This document shows positions 17,389 through 29,100 of a stretch of 64,000 bases of DNA, in pieces. Both the position numbers and the translations under genes were made by a program. Position 1 is the stretch's first letter. The number at the start of each line of letters is the position of its first letter. The stretch covers positions 124,001-188,000 of the IMG/VR virus record IMGVR_UViG_3300042261_002390. One strand, 5' to 3'. The notes beneath the pieces are model-generated. The model did not search any database and had not been told where the DNA came from. It was given only the letters and a program-made list of their open reading frames with translations.

Positions 17389-18771
17389 ATGGACGGAAAA
17401 ATTAGAATATTATTCTACAATCTTGATGGTGCAGGGGTTAATTATTTTAGAACATTAACACCAGCAATGGAACTTGAAAGAAATCACTCTGATGATTTTC
17501 ATGTGGAAATTAATCCTGAGTTAGATTTAAATGACCCAAATTTAATTGACTATTTAAAAACATTTCACATTATTCATTATCATCGTCAATTTTTACCTGA
17601 TACTCGAAAAATGTTGAATTTAGCTGACGAGTTAAAAAAAGCTGGTACAACATTGATTGTCGATATTGACGACTATTGGCATTTGCATAAAAAACATCCA
17701 TTTTATGATGTAAGTGTTGCAAATAAGTTATATTTACCAATTATTCAAAATCTTAAAATTGCTGATTATGTGACAACGACCTCGGAATTATTTGCTGAAG
17801 AAATTCGTAAAATTACGGGGAAAGATAATGTCATGGTTTATTATAATTCAATTGACCCAACATGGATGAAGCAATTTCAAAATAATTGGAAGCCAGACCC
17901 TGATGGTCGTGTAAGAATAACATATATGGCTGGTTCATCACATATGGGCGATATTGAACAACTTAAAGGCGTAGTCAATTATTTGAAAGCTGATTATCGT
18001 TTAAAAGATAAGTATAAGATTATTATCGCCGGATGGGATACTGAAGGTAATACTACTGACGTTAAATTTAATCAGGAATTTGGAGTTGAATTACAAAAAA
18101 GAGGTCTGTGGACAACAGATATAGTTAAGAGCATTAATAATTCAAGAGGTGATGTAGATGCTATTGTTAAATTACCTAACGATTTGAAGGAAAAATACAG
18201 GAATAAGGTTTTCGACGTGAAACAAAGAGATATTAAGTCTGAAGAAAGTGTTTATTATTTCTATGAGAAAATTTTAACTGATAATCATAAAATAATTGAT
18301 AATCCTGACTACTTACAATGGCTGATGAATTTCGAAAGAAATGTGAAATATGATGATGAGGGTAATTTTGGTAGACGTTGGACTCAAAAAGCAAACACAT
18401 ATGCTCAGGTTTTGGATGAAACTGATGTTGTTATTGCTCCTTTAGCTGATAACGAATTTAATAGAATGAAATCTAATTTGAAGCAAGTTGAATGTTGGAC
18501 AAGAAAACTCCCAATTATTTGTTCGGATATTCCACCATATAATGTTCATGGTAGACACATGGAAAATTGTGTATTAATCCCCGTAAAAAAAGACTCATAT
18601 AAAGATTGGCAGAAAAATTTGAAAAAACTTATTCTTGATGCTGATTTACGAAAGAAATTAGGCGAACAATTGTATGAGGATTTTAAAGAAGAATATAATT
18701 TAGCAAACGTTACAAAAAAACGTGCTGAATTTTATAAGTCAGTTGTGGCTAAAACATTAGAATTAGCATAA
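17389..18771 (+). CDS. Glycosyltransferase, GT-B fold (GT4-like)
   Basis: GVNYFR..P, VDIDDYW, ADYVTTTS, NSID, GSSH..D, IAPL..N.FN..KSNLK..E....LPIICSD. Confidence 0.85.
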   Translation: MDGKIRILFYNLDGAGVNYFRTLTPAMELERNHSDDFHVEINPELDLNDPNLIDYLKTFHIIHYHRQFLPDTRKMLNLADELKKAGTTLIVDIDDYWHLHKKHPFYDVSVANKLYLPIIQNLKIADYVTTTSELFAEEIRKITGKDNVMVYYNSIDPTWMKQFQNNWKPDPDGRVRITYMAGSSHMGDIEQLKGVVNYLKADYRLKDKYKIIIAGWDTEGNTTDVKFNQEFGVELQKRGLWTTDIVKSINNSRGDVDAIVKLPNDLKEKYRNKVFDVKQRDIKSEESVYYFYEKILTDNHKIIDNPDYLQWLMNFERNVKYDDEGNFGRRWTQKANTYAQVLDETDVVIAPLADNEFNRMKSNLKQVECWTRKLPIICSDIPPYNVHGRHMENCVLIPVKKDSYKDWQKNLKKLILDADLRKKLGEQLYEDFKEEYNLANVTKKRAEFYKSVVAKTLELA

Positions 18772-18782
18772 TATTATCTGCT

Positions 18783-19319
18783 ATGAAAAAAATAATTTAC
18801 AAGGTGAAAAATTGGTTTAATGAAAATTATTTGAAACGATATTTAGCTGGTGTTCATGTTATTTTTATTAACTATTTTACATTTTCATATAGTCAGAATA
18901 GGATTGTTAGTTCTCGCAGTAATGCAAAATATAGGACGATTATGAAGCAACTTAATAGTGAAAAATATAAGAAATATTTTTACAATGCTGTTAAATATAA
19001 ACTTTCAAATCGTAATAAACCCATTCCCATTCCATTTACTAATAGTTTTATTGATAGAATTAAATCATTTATCTCATTAACATATATTTATTTTTTTGAG
19101 AGAGAATTGTTTAATTCAATAAAACAATTTAGAGGATGGAAAAAAACTGTGTGTGTGTTAGATGACAAAATTGATAATTATTTCGAAAACACTACTGTTC
19201 TTGAAAGAAATGATAGACGTTTAGAATATAAGATAATTAATAAAATCAATCACGATGCTCTAATAAGATTAGGTAAAATTAAAACAAGACGAGTATTACA
19301 AATTAAGTTAAATGAGTAA
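18783..19319 (+). CDS. Hypothetical protein
   Basis: 178-aa basic ORF in operon. Confidence 0.65.
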   Translation: MKKIIYKVKNWFNENYLKRYLAGVHVIFINYFTFSYSQNRIVSSRSNAKYRTIMKQLNSEKYKKYFYNAVKYKLSNRNKPIPIPFTNSFIDRIKSFISLTYIYFFERELFNSIKQFRGWKKTVCVLDDKIDNYFENTTVLERNDRRLEYKIINKINHDALIRLGKIKTRRVLQIKLNE

Positions 19320-20229
19320 TAAATTTAAAAAAGCAATATTTTGGTTATATCTTAAATTTCATATGCTGATGACATACATCAGCATATCTTTATATAATAC
19401 TGAAATTGATATTTTAAAAGCAGACCCAAATGACTTGAAAGAAAGCGATAAGAAGATTCAACGAATGCGACATCGCAATCAAACTCTTGAAAAATTTTAC
19501 GCCGGACAGCGAGATGAGAAATATGTTCAGGATTATTATGAAATATTGAAAAAAGCAGATAAATTTATTAGGACAGCAACGCCACATAAAATGGCAGTTG
19601 CTGCCGATAAGCATGGCTCAAACTACGGTCAAAAGGACATATATGGTAGAAGATATGAGCATTATGGATTTTTCGATGAAAAGCATAAACATTCAGGAAA
19701 AACTTTGGGTGAAGTTCTTGAACGTGAATATATGGAAAGAAGAACCGATGATGATGAATATGAATTATTATATATCTTTAATAATAAACCCATTGAAACT
19801 GGTTTTGTTAAAGTATTGGATGTGCTTGAGGAAACAAAAAAAGAAGATGCTGATTTTGAGTATGAAGTTGTCGATATATTCAGGAAGTCAAAACAATTTG
19901 AATTTCCAATTAAAGCTTACAGGGATATTGATGTTGAAAATAAAATTGAGCAACTTACTGAGTTTTTACACGTTAAAAAAATTGGTTTTGAACACAGACA
20001 ATTAGAATTTTTCATTCCATTAAAATTTAAAACAAATGAAATTGAAGAAAATTCTGAAATATTCTTTGAGATTACGAATATTAGAACTATCTTTGTCAAG
20101 AATGAATATGGTGAACTAATGGGTTTTGGCGTTAATCGATTCATGAAAAAAATAATACATAATAACACTCATGAAGTATGGAAATTCGAAGGAATTGAAA
20201 TGGAAACAATGAGTGAATATAAAAGTTAA
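19312..20229 (+). CDS. Hypothetical protein
   Basis: 305-aa ORF overlapping the upstream stop. Confidence 0.75.
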   Translation: MSNKFKKAIFWLYLKFHMLMTYISISLYNTEIDILKADPNDLKESDKKIQRMRHRNQTLEKFYAGQRDEKYVQDYYEILKKADKFIRTATPHKMAVAADKHGSNYGQKDIYGRRYEHYGFFDEKHKHSGKTLGEVLEREYMERRTDDDEYELLYIFNNKPIETGFVKVLDVLEETKKEDADFEYEVVDIFRKSKQFEFPIKAYRDIDVENKIEQLTEFLHVKKIGFEHRQLEFFIPLKFKTNEIEENSEIFFEITNIRTIFVKNEYGELMGFGVNRFMKKIIHNNTHEVWKFEGIEMETMSEYKS

Positions 20230-20233
20230 AGAA

Positions 20234-20659
20234 ATGAGTAGTTTTTTAGATAATTTGAAAAAAGCTGTTGAGACTGGTGAATTTAATTCGGATGCTGCCA
20301 AAAAAATTAATGAAATTTCCGAATTGGCTAGTAATATTACAAAGAGTGAAAAAGAACTTGAAGAATCACTTAACGAGAGATTGCTTAATAGCGGTATTAA
20401 AACAGTTACTGAGGAAGAAGTAAAAACATTTAATTCTGAACATGATGAGAAAATGTCAGCAATTAGAAAACAAGATGCAATTAATCTTGAAATTAAAACA
20501 TTGATTGAAGTTGAAGAAATGGTGGCTTTAACTATTGGTGATATGTTTGAACATCTTAAGTCAGTAAAAGAAAGAAATTCATTGGATGACCCAGCCAACA
20601 GTGATTTGGCTAAGAAAATTGAAGAAATTGAGTTAAAATACAAGTCATTTATTAATTAA
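20234..20659 (+). CDS. Hypothetical coiled-coil protein
   Basis: Helical acidic ORF, likely start ATG 20234. Confidence 0.75.
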   Translation: MSSFLDNLKKAVETGEFNSDAAKKINEISELASNITKSEKELEESLNERLLNSGIKTVTEEEVKTFNSEHDEKMSAIRKQDAINLEIKTLIEVEEMVALTIGDMFEHLKSVKERNSLDDPANSDLAKKIEEIELKYKSFIN

Positions 20660-20673
20660 TATTTATTACATTT

Positions 20674-21150
20674 ATGAAAAATCATTTAGAAGAAGCTTCA
20701 GACCATGTTGAAAATTTGTTCGATTTGGTGAGAAACAGTCAAACAATTCCACAGTGGATTGAGTTTAAAGTATTGTGTAACAACAAACTGAAGGAGGTTT
20801 GTAAAATTCAAAAAGCCACAGATGTTCTCGAAACATTAACAAGTTACAATTATGTTGTAATAATCAATGAAAGTATTTTCGATGGGTTGCCTGAAGATTT
20901 GCAGAAAATGGCTATTGAGAATACTTTAGCTGGCGTGTGTGTGAGTGAAAGTGATTCGTTATCGATTGGTAAGCCTGATTTTACCGCACACACTGGTATG
21001 TTGAAGAAATTTGGATACGAAAAGATTGATATGATGCGTGAGTCTATTAAGAGCTTATTCGTAGCACAGAAACAAAAAGAAGATGAGGAAAAAGCTTTGA
21101 CGAAGGGTAAGAAAGGTAGGAGAGGGAACAATAGTTCCGGTGGAGAATAA
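20674..21150 (+). CDS. Phage metallopeptidase-like protein, apparently inactive
   Basis: YVVIINE.IF..L....Q.MAI...KPD pattern of the putative phage metallopeptidase family, but HELxH is replaced by NTLAG. Confidence 0.5.
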   Translation: MKNHLEEASDHVENLFDLVRNSQTIPQWIEFKVLCNNKLKEVCKIQKATDVLETLTSYNYVVIINESIFDGLPEDLQKMAIENTLAGVCVSESDSLSIGKPDFTAHTGMLKKFGYEKIDMMRESIKSLFVAQKQKEDEEKALTKGKKGRRGNNSSGGE

Positions 21151-21166
21151 AGAACTACAAGTTTTG

Positions 21167-21199
21167 AAAATCCTGACTAAGTTTAGTCAGGATTTTTTT
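21167..21199 (+). terminator. Intrinsic terminator
   Basis: AAAATCCTGACTAA-gt-TTAGTCAGGATTTTTTT. Confidence 0.85.
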
Positions 21200-21231
21200 G
21201 TTTATTAGTATTTATAGTAAAATTTGTTATA

Positions 21232-21630
21232 ATGGTATCATATAATATTAATTTTCCTTTAAGGGATGATGTTTCAACAAATACATTTTTTTTAACCACT
21301 AAAGTTACTAAAGATGCATTTAGTTCCGATTTATTGTTATTGTTGCTCACTCAAAGGGGTGAAAGATATTATGAACCAGACTATGGAACAAATTTATTGA
21401 AATATATTTTTGAGCCGAATGATAACATTACAGCAACTGATGTTGAGCAAGAGATAAAAAGAACCGTATCGTTATATATTCCAGCACTTACTATCAATAA
21501 AGTGTCATTTAATTGGAATTTCGACGATAACGGTAAGCCAATATCAGACAACCAATTAAATGTAAATATTATGTTCACATATACTGAAGATGCATTTAGC
21601 GAAACTGGTTCATTAGATTTAAATTTTTAA
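21232..21630 (+). CDS. Baseplate wedge subunit, T4 gp25/GPW-like
   Basis: LLLLLTQRGERYYEPDYGTNLLKYIFEP signature. GTATTTATA at 21208. Confidence 0.9.
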   Translation: MVSYNINFPLRDDVSTNTFFLTTKVTKDAFSSDLLLLLLTQRGERYYEPDYGTNLLKYIFEPNDNITATDVEQEIKRTVSLYIPALTINKVSFNWNFDDNGKPISDNQLNVNIMFTYTEDAFSETGSLDLNF

Positions 21631-21643
21631 TTAAAATACAAAT

Positions 21644-23491
21644 ATGGCAGCAGAAACAACAAATATTATTAAGTACGGAAGTAGAACATTTGGTGAAATA
21701 CGTACTGATTTAATTTCATTTATCAGACAAACATATCCAACAATATTAAGTGATTTTACCGATTCTAGTATTGGGTCGATGTTGATTGACTTAAATGCTG
21801 GTGTTGGTAATAATCTTAGCGTTAATACTGATAGAGCATTTCAGGAAACACAACTAGAATATGCCCAACAAAGAGCATCAATATTAAATATTGCAAAAAA
21901 TATGGGATTCAATATCCCGGCAAAAAGACCATCAGTTACTGTTGTTGATTTTACTGTACTGATTCCTGTATTGGGTGATAAACCAGATGCATCATATTAT
22001 CCTGTTTTAGATGCAGGAGCACAAATTATCGGCGGTGGTAAAGTATTTGAAACACAAAATGTTATTGATTGGAGTTCTCCATATAGTAGCTTAGGTGACC
22101 CAAATCGCTCAATAATTCCAAATTTGGATTCGAATGGTGTGATTGTGAGCTATAATGTTACCAAGAGAGAAGTTGTTGTTAATGGCACGTCTAGTATATA
22201 TAAGACAATAATTACCAGTAATAATGTTGTTCCCTTTTTCAGCATAACATTACCTGACCCGGATGTTATTGAGATTGAAAGTATAATTCTTCTTGAAGGC
22301 ACGAATTATAACACTAACCCAACTGCTAGTGAATTTAATAATTCCGCTAACAGATATTATGAGGTGGATTACCTAGCGCAACAGAAAGTTTTCGTTGAAA
22401 ATACACAATCGTCACAATTAAATGTTCAAGCAAATGGCGTAAAGGCAGCTCAATGGATTGACGTTACAAAAAAATTCATAAAAGAATTTACTTCGAATGG
22501 TTATTGTAAAGTCACATTTGGTTCGGGGGATTCTGATATTGATGCATTTAAAAGTGGGTTTTTAAAAGAAGGTGTTAGTAATAAATATTTTCTCGAAAAT
22601 TTCTTAAATAATACAGCACTTGGTGAAAAATTGAAAGCAGGTTATACTTTATTTGTTAAATACCGTACTGGTGGTGGTTCAAGTTCAAATATTGGAGCAA
22701 GAGCATTAACTCAATTAGGTAATTATACACTTACTTCAAATGGTTCTCGTCAAGATTATCGACAAAATGTTGTAAGAAGTTTAAAAGTAAATAACCCAAT
22801 CCCGGCAATTGGTGGTAATGATGGTTTAAGTGTAGAACAAATAAGACAATTGATTAAATATAATTTTTCATCACAAATGAGAGATGTTACGTTAACTGAT
22901 TATTTGTTGCAAATATATAAAATGCCGGGTAAGTTTGGTTCGCCATTTAGAGCAAATGCATTAAAATTAGACAACAAGGTAATTATACCAATTTTAGATA
23001 TTGGTGCTGATGGAAAATTGTCAAATACTAGCAATAGTTTATTAAAAGAAAATATTGCAGAATATCTTAGTCAGTATAGAATGATTAATGACTATATTGA
23101 AATCAGAGATGGTAAAATATTTAATCTCGCATTTGATATTGATGTTTATGTTGAAAACATTGCCGATAATCAAATTGCTAATAGTATTATTACAATTGTA
23201 AGAAACTATTTGGATATCAATAATTATGAAATGAATGAGGACATATTTCTCGGAAGATTACAGAAAGAAATTTTAGCAGCAAACGGTGTTATTAACGTTA
23301 TTGAAATTAAGGTATATAATAAACAAGGCGGTAATTACTCCAACAATGTTGTATCACAGGATATTTTAAATACCTCAACAGGTCAAATTAAAATTATTAA
23401 TAACACAATTTATTCGACAGAAGATTCGATGTTTGAAATCAAATATCCTGAAAAGGATATTAGAGTTTTCTTACGTAAAAAGACTGTATAA
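21644..23491 (+). CDS. Baseplate wedge subunit, T4 gp6/baseplate J-like
   Basis: RTF.EIR..L, DF..SSIG.MLID, D....E..L..AQ.R.S..NIAK..G, VTFGSG, YRTGGG, AIGG.D, R.VTL.DY. Confidence 0.9.
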   Translation: MAAETTNIIKYGSRTFGEIRTDLISFIRQTYPTILSDFTDSSIGSMLIDLNAGVGNNLSVNTDRAFQETQLEYAQQRASILNIAKNMGFNIPAKRPSVTVVDFTVLIPVLGDKPDASYYPVLDAGAQIIGGGKVFETQNVIDWSSPYSSLGDPNRSIIPNLDSNGVIVSYNVTKREVVVNGTSSIYKTIITSNNVVPFFSITLPDPDVIEIESIILLEGTNYNTNPTASEFNNSANRYYEVDYLAQQKVFVENTQSSQLNVQANGVKAAQWIDVTKKFIKEFTSNGYCKVTFGSGDSDIDAFKSGFLKEGVSNKYFLENFLNNTALGEKLKAGYTLFVKYRTGGGSSSNIGARALTQLGNYTLTSNGSRQDYRQNVVRSLKVNNPIPAIGGNDGLSVEQIRQLIKYNFSSQMRDVTLTDYLLQIYKMPGKFGSPFRANALKLDNKVIIPILDIGADGKLSNTSNSLLKENIAEYLSQYRMINDYIEIRDGKIFNLAFDIDVYVENIADNQIANSIITIVRNYLDINNYEMNEDIFLGRLQKEILAANGVINVIEIKVYNKQGGNYSNNVVSQDILNTSTGQIKIINNTIYSTEDSMFEIKYPEKDIRVFLRKKTV

Positions 23492-24687
23492 TGGAAGTTA
23501 TAAAAAAAACTATATTACAAGCGTTAATTACAGGTACTACTATTGTGAGTGGTGTCACAAAATATGTTATCATACCTAATCCGGATGCTGTTTATCATAT
23601 GAAAATTGGATTGGACTCAAATTCTGAAGATATTGGTTTTTTTGATGTAATTACTGATTATGTGAGTGGTAGTACAACAACCACAACCAGTACAACAACC
23701 AGTACCAGTACAACTACCACAACTAGTACAACAACCAGTACCAGTACAACTACCACTAATTCACCTAGCTGTAATTTGAACATGACATTAAATATTGGTG
23801 ATGAAAATCTAAATTGGGGTGGTTATTTAGGTAATTACAATAGTAATTATGGTAATATAATTGTTAATTATGGGGATGGAAGTCCATTAGAAACTATAGA
23901 AGCATATGATGATGGAGGAACATGGTTCTATTACATAGAAAAGACTTATGGAAGTACTGGAATATATAATGTATCTATACAACTCCCTATTTGTGACTTA
24001 CCATTTATTAGTTTTGTTAATGCTAATATATCTCAACTAAATATAATAGATTTTCCTAATATTGAGCATTTCGAATTAGTAAATCAATTGGTAGAGTTAA
24101 ACATTCCTGATTTAAACAATTTTAAATCTTTAAAACACTTCTACTTAAATGGTGGTGTATATGAAACTACAGATTTTACAGTATTGCCTTTACTAGAAGA
24201 ATTAAGTATTGGAAGTTCGGATATTACTGGTTTAAATATTAATAATATGGGTTCTTTGTTAATGCTTAGTATAACACAATGTACTGGTATAGCGACTATA
24301 GATGTTGCTGGTTTATATAATCTTCTTGATATAGACATAGTAGATACGCCCATATCTATAAATAATCTTAATGAGTTGACATCAATAACAATTCTACGTT
24401 TAGAGAATGTTAATATGTCTAATATAGACTTAAGTGTAATTCCTTCTCTTGAAATATTCATAGTAGTGAATGGAACGTCTTTTACTGATGTTTTTGATTT
24501 TTCACAATCTCCAAATTTGTATCAAATAGCAATATCTAGTACATCTTTAACTGCGGGAGAAATTGAAACATCCATCTATTCTGTTTATGATAGAACATCA
24601 TTAACACAGGGAAGTGTGTCATTTGCAGAATTCCCATATACACCAACAATACTTAGTTATTTAGCATCCGTAAATTGGACAATATAA
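23491..24687 (+). CDS. Virion structural protein with Thr/Ser linker, PKD-like and LRR-like domains
   Basis: Baseplate operon. ~30-residue T/S tract, VNYGDGS...TYGSTGIYNVSI (PKD-like), repeated LxxLxxLxI units. Confidence 0.7.
   Translation: MEVIKKTILQALITGTTIVSGVTKYVIIPNPDAVYHMKIGLDSNSEDIGFFDVITDYVSGSTTTTTSTTTSTSTTTTTSTTTSTSTTTTNSPSCNLNMTLNIGDENLNWGGYLGNYNSNYGNIIVNYGDGSPLETIEAYDDGGTWFYYIEKTYGSTGIYNVSIQLPICDLPFISFVNANISQLNIIDFPNIEHFELVNQLVELNIPDLNNFKSLKHFYLNGGVYETTDFTVLPLLEELSIGSSDITGLNINNMGSLLMLSITQCTGIATIDVAGLYNLLDIDIVDTPISINNLNELTSITILRLENVNMSNIDLSVIPSLEIFIVVNGTSFTDVFDFSQSPNLYQIAISSTSLTAGEIETSIYSVYDRTSLTQGSVSFAEFPYTPTILSYLASVNWTI
23671..23757 (+). repeat. Thr/Ser-coding tandem repeat (36-nt unit duplicated at 23689-23724 and 23725-23757)
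   Basis: AGTACAACAACCAGTACCAGTACAACTACCAC(AACT) x2. Confidence 0.9.
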
Positions 24688-24698
24688 TATTTAATATA

Positions 24699-25139
24699 AT
24701 GATTATAACCGGAAATACTGAAAGTAGATTAATTGAGCTTAGAAAATATAAGGTAACTAATGTTTTTGAGCAAATGTACGTTAGCGGTGGTACGTTAAGT
24801 AAAGATGGTGTTGATTATTCAGTATCAACATCTAATAGTATTGTTTATTATTTAGGGGGAATTAGGTATTGTGATACAATCACTGGAAGTACGTCCGGAA
24901 CTAGTTATTCATTTACTAGTCAAAGTTATGGAAGTCCTGATTTTATTGATTTACCTTATTATAAAAATCCTAATAAAGAAAATATCATCAGTAATCCAAA
25001 AATAGATGATGATGTATTTATTATAAGACAAGAATCATCAGCGTTTGAAAATAACTATAGGCTTGAGTATGTGAAAAATCTCAATGATTTAATTACATAT
25101 GCTGGTGGTAATTACTTTAAAATTGTAAATAATTCATAA
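24699..25139 (+). CDS. Putative virion structural protein
   Basis: S/T/G-rich ORF in the baseplate operon. Confidence 0.7.
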   Translation: MIITGNTESRLIELRKYKVTNVFEQMYVSGGTLSKDGVDYSVSTSNSIVYYLGGIRYCDTITGSTSGTSYSFTSQSYGSPDFIDLPYYKNPNKENIISNPKIDDDVFIIRQESSAFENNYRLEYVKNLNDLITYAGGNYFKIVNNS

Positions 25140-25140
25140 T

Positions 25141-26049
25141 ATGAGTATTGGAACATATGGTATAGTTAGAGCATCTGATGTCAGTATCAATGATATTGAG
25201 GTATATTATAATTACACGCCGGATAGGTATACTGCAAATAATACTATTTTAAAAATAGATGATGCTACGAGTGTACTTGATTATTGCTATCTCCCAACAA
25301 ATGACCCGAATGCTGTAGGTACTGAAAATTTGTTAGAGGGAATGTATGATTTGAGATTACCAGCATCTATATTTAATCAATTGGGTATATATACAATATA
25401 TATTAAGCCTAAAACAGTTAATTCAGTTATTGTTGATTGCAGTGTTTTATCTGCATTACCATCTATAAGGGGTATTGTTTTAGATATTAATTCATTGCCG
25501 GAAGATTTAAGAGCAAATAATGCAATGCAGGGATATAGAATTGAATATATTAATGCAGATGGAACTAAATTAAGAAATGTTGTACGTTACGTGGTAACTG
25601 CTAATAAAGTATCACCAGTTAGTGAAAATGTCGGTGATACGAATCAAAAAGCAATACGATATAGATTTGATGATTCCGGAACATTGATGTTTTTACAATT
25701 AACACCAAGTAGTTCGTCTGATGTGAAAGCAAACGTAAAGCCATTTATTGGTAATGTTGGGCAAACAATATTAATTACAAATACTTATTTTTCACCAGTT
25801 GTCCTCGAAGTTGAATTAGTTGAAAATACTATTGATACTTTATCAAATATTATTGCAGGGGAACAAATTAAAGACGTAAGTAACGGCATATTAACATATT
25901 ATGATTCAAATAGAGTTATAACAAAACAATTTAATTTGTTTGAAATTAAGGATGATGTTACTAATGTTTCATTATATGAAGTAAAAGAAAAACGGACATA
26001 TATCGATGAAAGTCAAAATTTTGATGATATCGTTAATGAGGTATCTTAA
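25141..26049 (+). CDS. Putative baseplate structural protein
   Basis: 302-aa beta-rich ORF in the baseplate operon. Confidence 0.7.
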   Translation: MSIGTYGIVRASDVSINDIEVYYNYTPDRYTANNTILKIDDATSVLDYCYLPTNDPNAVGTENLLEGMYDLRLPASIFNQLGIYTIYIKPKTVNSVIVDCSVLSALPSIRGIVLDINSLPEDLRANNAMQGYRIEYINADGTKLRNVVRYVVTANKVSPVSENVGDTNQKAIRYRFDDSGTLMFLQLTPSSSSDVKANVKPFIGNVGQTILITNTYFSPVVLEVELVENTIDTLSNIIAGEQIKDVSNGILTYYDSNRVITKQFNLFEIKDDVTNVSLYEVKEKRTYIDESQNFDDIVNEVS

Positions 26050-26076
26050 ACCATATTATATTGACAATTAACTTGA

Positions 26077-26109
26077 GAAAAATCCCGATGTAAAATATTG
26101 GGATTTTTC
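26077..26109 (+). terminator. Intrinsic terminator
   Basis: GAAAAATCCCGAT...ATTGGGATTTTTC. Confidence 0.7.
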
Positions 26110-26143
26110 ATTTTATAGGTATTTATAATAAAAATTTAAGCTT

Positions 26144-29100
26144 GTGGCAAAAGTTAAAGTTATAAATAACAATCTCGACCAAAATTTAAACGGGAACACA
26201 TTCACTAACGTACCATCTGAAACAATATTTTCATTTGGTAAATTTTCGATTACGTCTAATTTTGATGGACGAAAATATATCAATTATTCTGATACTTTAA
26301 GTTCATTCGTTCGTCCAGTAACATTGGAAAATATAGGCATTTCGGATGTTGAATCAGAAATTATCTATCAGTACAATACCAATGCAGTTTTAAATTTAGA
26401 CAAATCAGATTTAAACACTTTCATTAGATTTGGTTCGGCATATGAATTTTTAAGAGTATGTATTGAGAACATTATCCTTACATATCCCGGAAGTATTTTT
26501 ATGAATTCTCAATTGTCGAGAAATAATAATATAACGTATTTTGATTATATATATGACCCGGTAAGTAATTCATCAACATTTAAGATTCCGATGAATTGTG
26601 TTATGAATACATTTGGGTTGGTTTATAATTATGGGAATAATAGTATTCCAGACAATAACGAGCTTAAGAATCTAAATTTTTCGTATGAGAATTATGTGGT
26701 GTGGACATCAATGAATCCTGATGATAATACTAGTAATGTTATCGGTTTCACTGGAAATACCACAGGGAGAAACTATTTAACACTTACTGTTCATGGTAAT
26801 CCGTTTAGTATGATTACTACTGATTCAGCACCGCTTGATTTTCACATCAAGCCTAATAATTATGTTTTTGAAAAATTTAGGGCGGTCTTAAATGAATTTG
26901 AAAAATATATTGTTTCATCTAGAGTGGGTATGAATGGTTTTGAATTTGTTTTGAAAGACCCGACCTTGTTGGATGATGGTAACATTACATATTCGGATAT
27001 TAAATTATTGTGGAATACGTCAGACAAATATAATATTGACATAAACACACCTAACTATCAGAAATTTTTGGAAATTGTTTTAACTGTTGGGGTAAAATAC
27101 GATAAAATTAAAACAGACTTAATTGCAAGATTTTTAACTCCTTCGTCAATTAAGGCATATGACCTTACAGATGAGGGAAAAATGACTAAATTGCTTAGAA
27201 TTTACGGTAGAGAATTCGACCAAATTCGTGAATTTATTGATTCGTTGGTTTATATTAATAAGGTGACGTATGATAAAGTAAACAATGTCCCCGACCAAGT
27301 TGTAAGAAATTTATCAAGAACATTCGGATGGGATTATTTCTCATTGGTTAATGAAACTGAATTGATTGAAAGTTTTTTAACTGTTGATGAAAATGAGAGA
27401 GATTTGAATTCTGATTTATTGCCTGCTGAGATTGATATTGAATTGTGGAGAAGGATTATCATGAACACCAATTATTTTTGGAAAAGTAAAGGCACTAGAG
27501 AAGCCATTAAATCGATGTTTTTATTAATTGGTATTCCCGAGCCATTTATAAATATTACTGAATATGTGTATACTGTTGATGGAAAGATAAATCCAAATAC
27601 TGTACCGTTTTCAATAAATGATTTCCCAACACAATCATTACCATACGATACTGAAGGTTATCCTAAAGCACCAATCGAAGGTAATAATTATTATTTTCAA
27701 ATATCCGGGGATACTGATAACGGTCAAACATATTTTGACTTATTTAGAAAAGTTGGATTTAATTTGATGAGAACGCCAGATAATAAAAAATCTTGGGTTG
27801 AAAGTGGTGCAACTTATCGAATAGACGATTCAACGCCACAATATTATCAATTGGATAGTAAACTTGTCCTTAATACTAAGGAAGTTGATGTTGCTCTTGA
27901 TACTGCAAGAGGTATTGAGTATGATGTATATAACTATATTCAAAAGGATTATGCAATTAATTCTAGTGGATATACATTGCCATACTCATATGTAAATATA
28001 TCATTAGGCGTTAGTGGTTCACAAAACACATTTCCACTTCCATTAAATTATTCTTCTGAGAAGGTTATGGGCGACCTTGAAGTTCGTTTTAATGGTATAT
28101 TATTAAATGCTCCGAAAACAGGAACAACAACCGGAATCACATACCAAGCTGATTATAGTATTGACGAAGTTAGTAAGACATTTACCATCCTTAATGGAAT
28201 ATATGCTAAAAATAATACGTTGAGAAGGGATGTTATACAAGCTACATTTATTTATTCTGGTGGTACTCATTCACTTTCAGGATTATCAGTAAATTATGTT
28301 GTAACTAGGGTTAAGGCTGATGTAAATGGAACTGTAATACCATTGCCGACATATCCACGTGGTGATGTTCAAGTAACTATTAACGGTATTGCATTAACTA
28401 AAGGTACACCACAATTTATCGCAGATTATACACTCGACCCAAATAATTCAACAGGTAGTACAAATAATCAAATTATTATTCAAAATCCTGAAGTTATTGC
28501 ATATTTACAAATAAATCCCGAAATTCAAATTGCATATGTTGAGGTTGAAGGCAGTAATGATATTTATGCAAGAAGTGAAATTGTTAGAGTAGATAGTTTT
28601 AATTCAAGTAAAATATATTTGAATCAATCTGCAAATAAATATGTTTATAGATTGAATTATAAGGCAAATAATGCTTCTGACATTAAAGTGTTAATTGATG
28701 GGATTGCACTTGAACCAAATACCGATTATTCAATAAATGTACAAAATCTATATGAGGTTTTCTTACCAAGAGGTATAAAATACGGAAGTGTGATAAGCGT
28801 CTATTATCTTGTTGGTGCGAATGCGTTGTTTAACCCGGTGATATCTGATGTATTTGGTATTGGTGATATTAGCAATTTATCGTTTTTAGAATTTATTGAT
28901 TTGATTCAAAAAAGATTGGTTAATAGTAGAAATAGAAAAACAATTAGTGATTTTAAGGGTGGTTGGTATCCTACTTTATTGAGAGTATATACCGAATACT
29001 TGAAACGTGCAACATTGCCGGAAGATAATCCATTGCATTCAAATGGTTACACATTTGCTAATTTATATCCATTCTTAAGTAAATATAATGCATTTTTCCA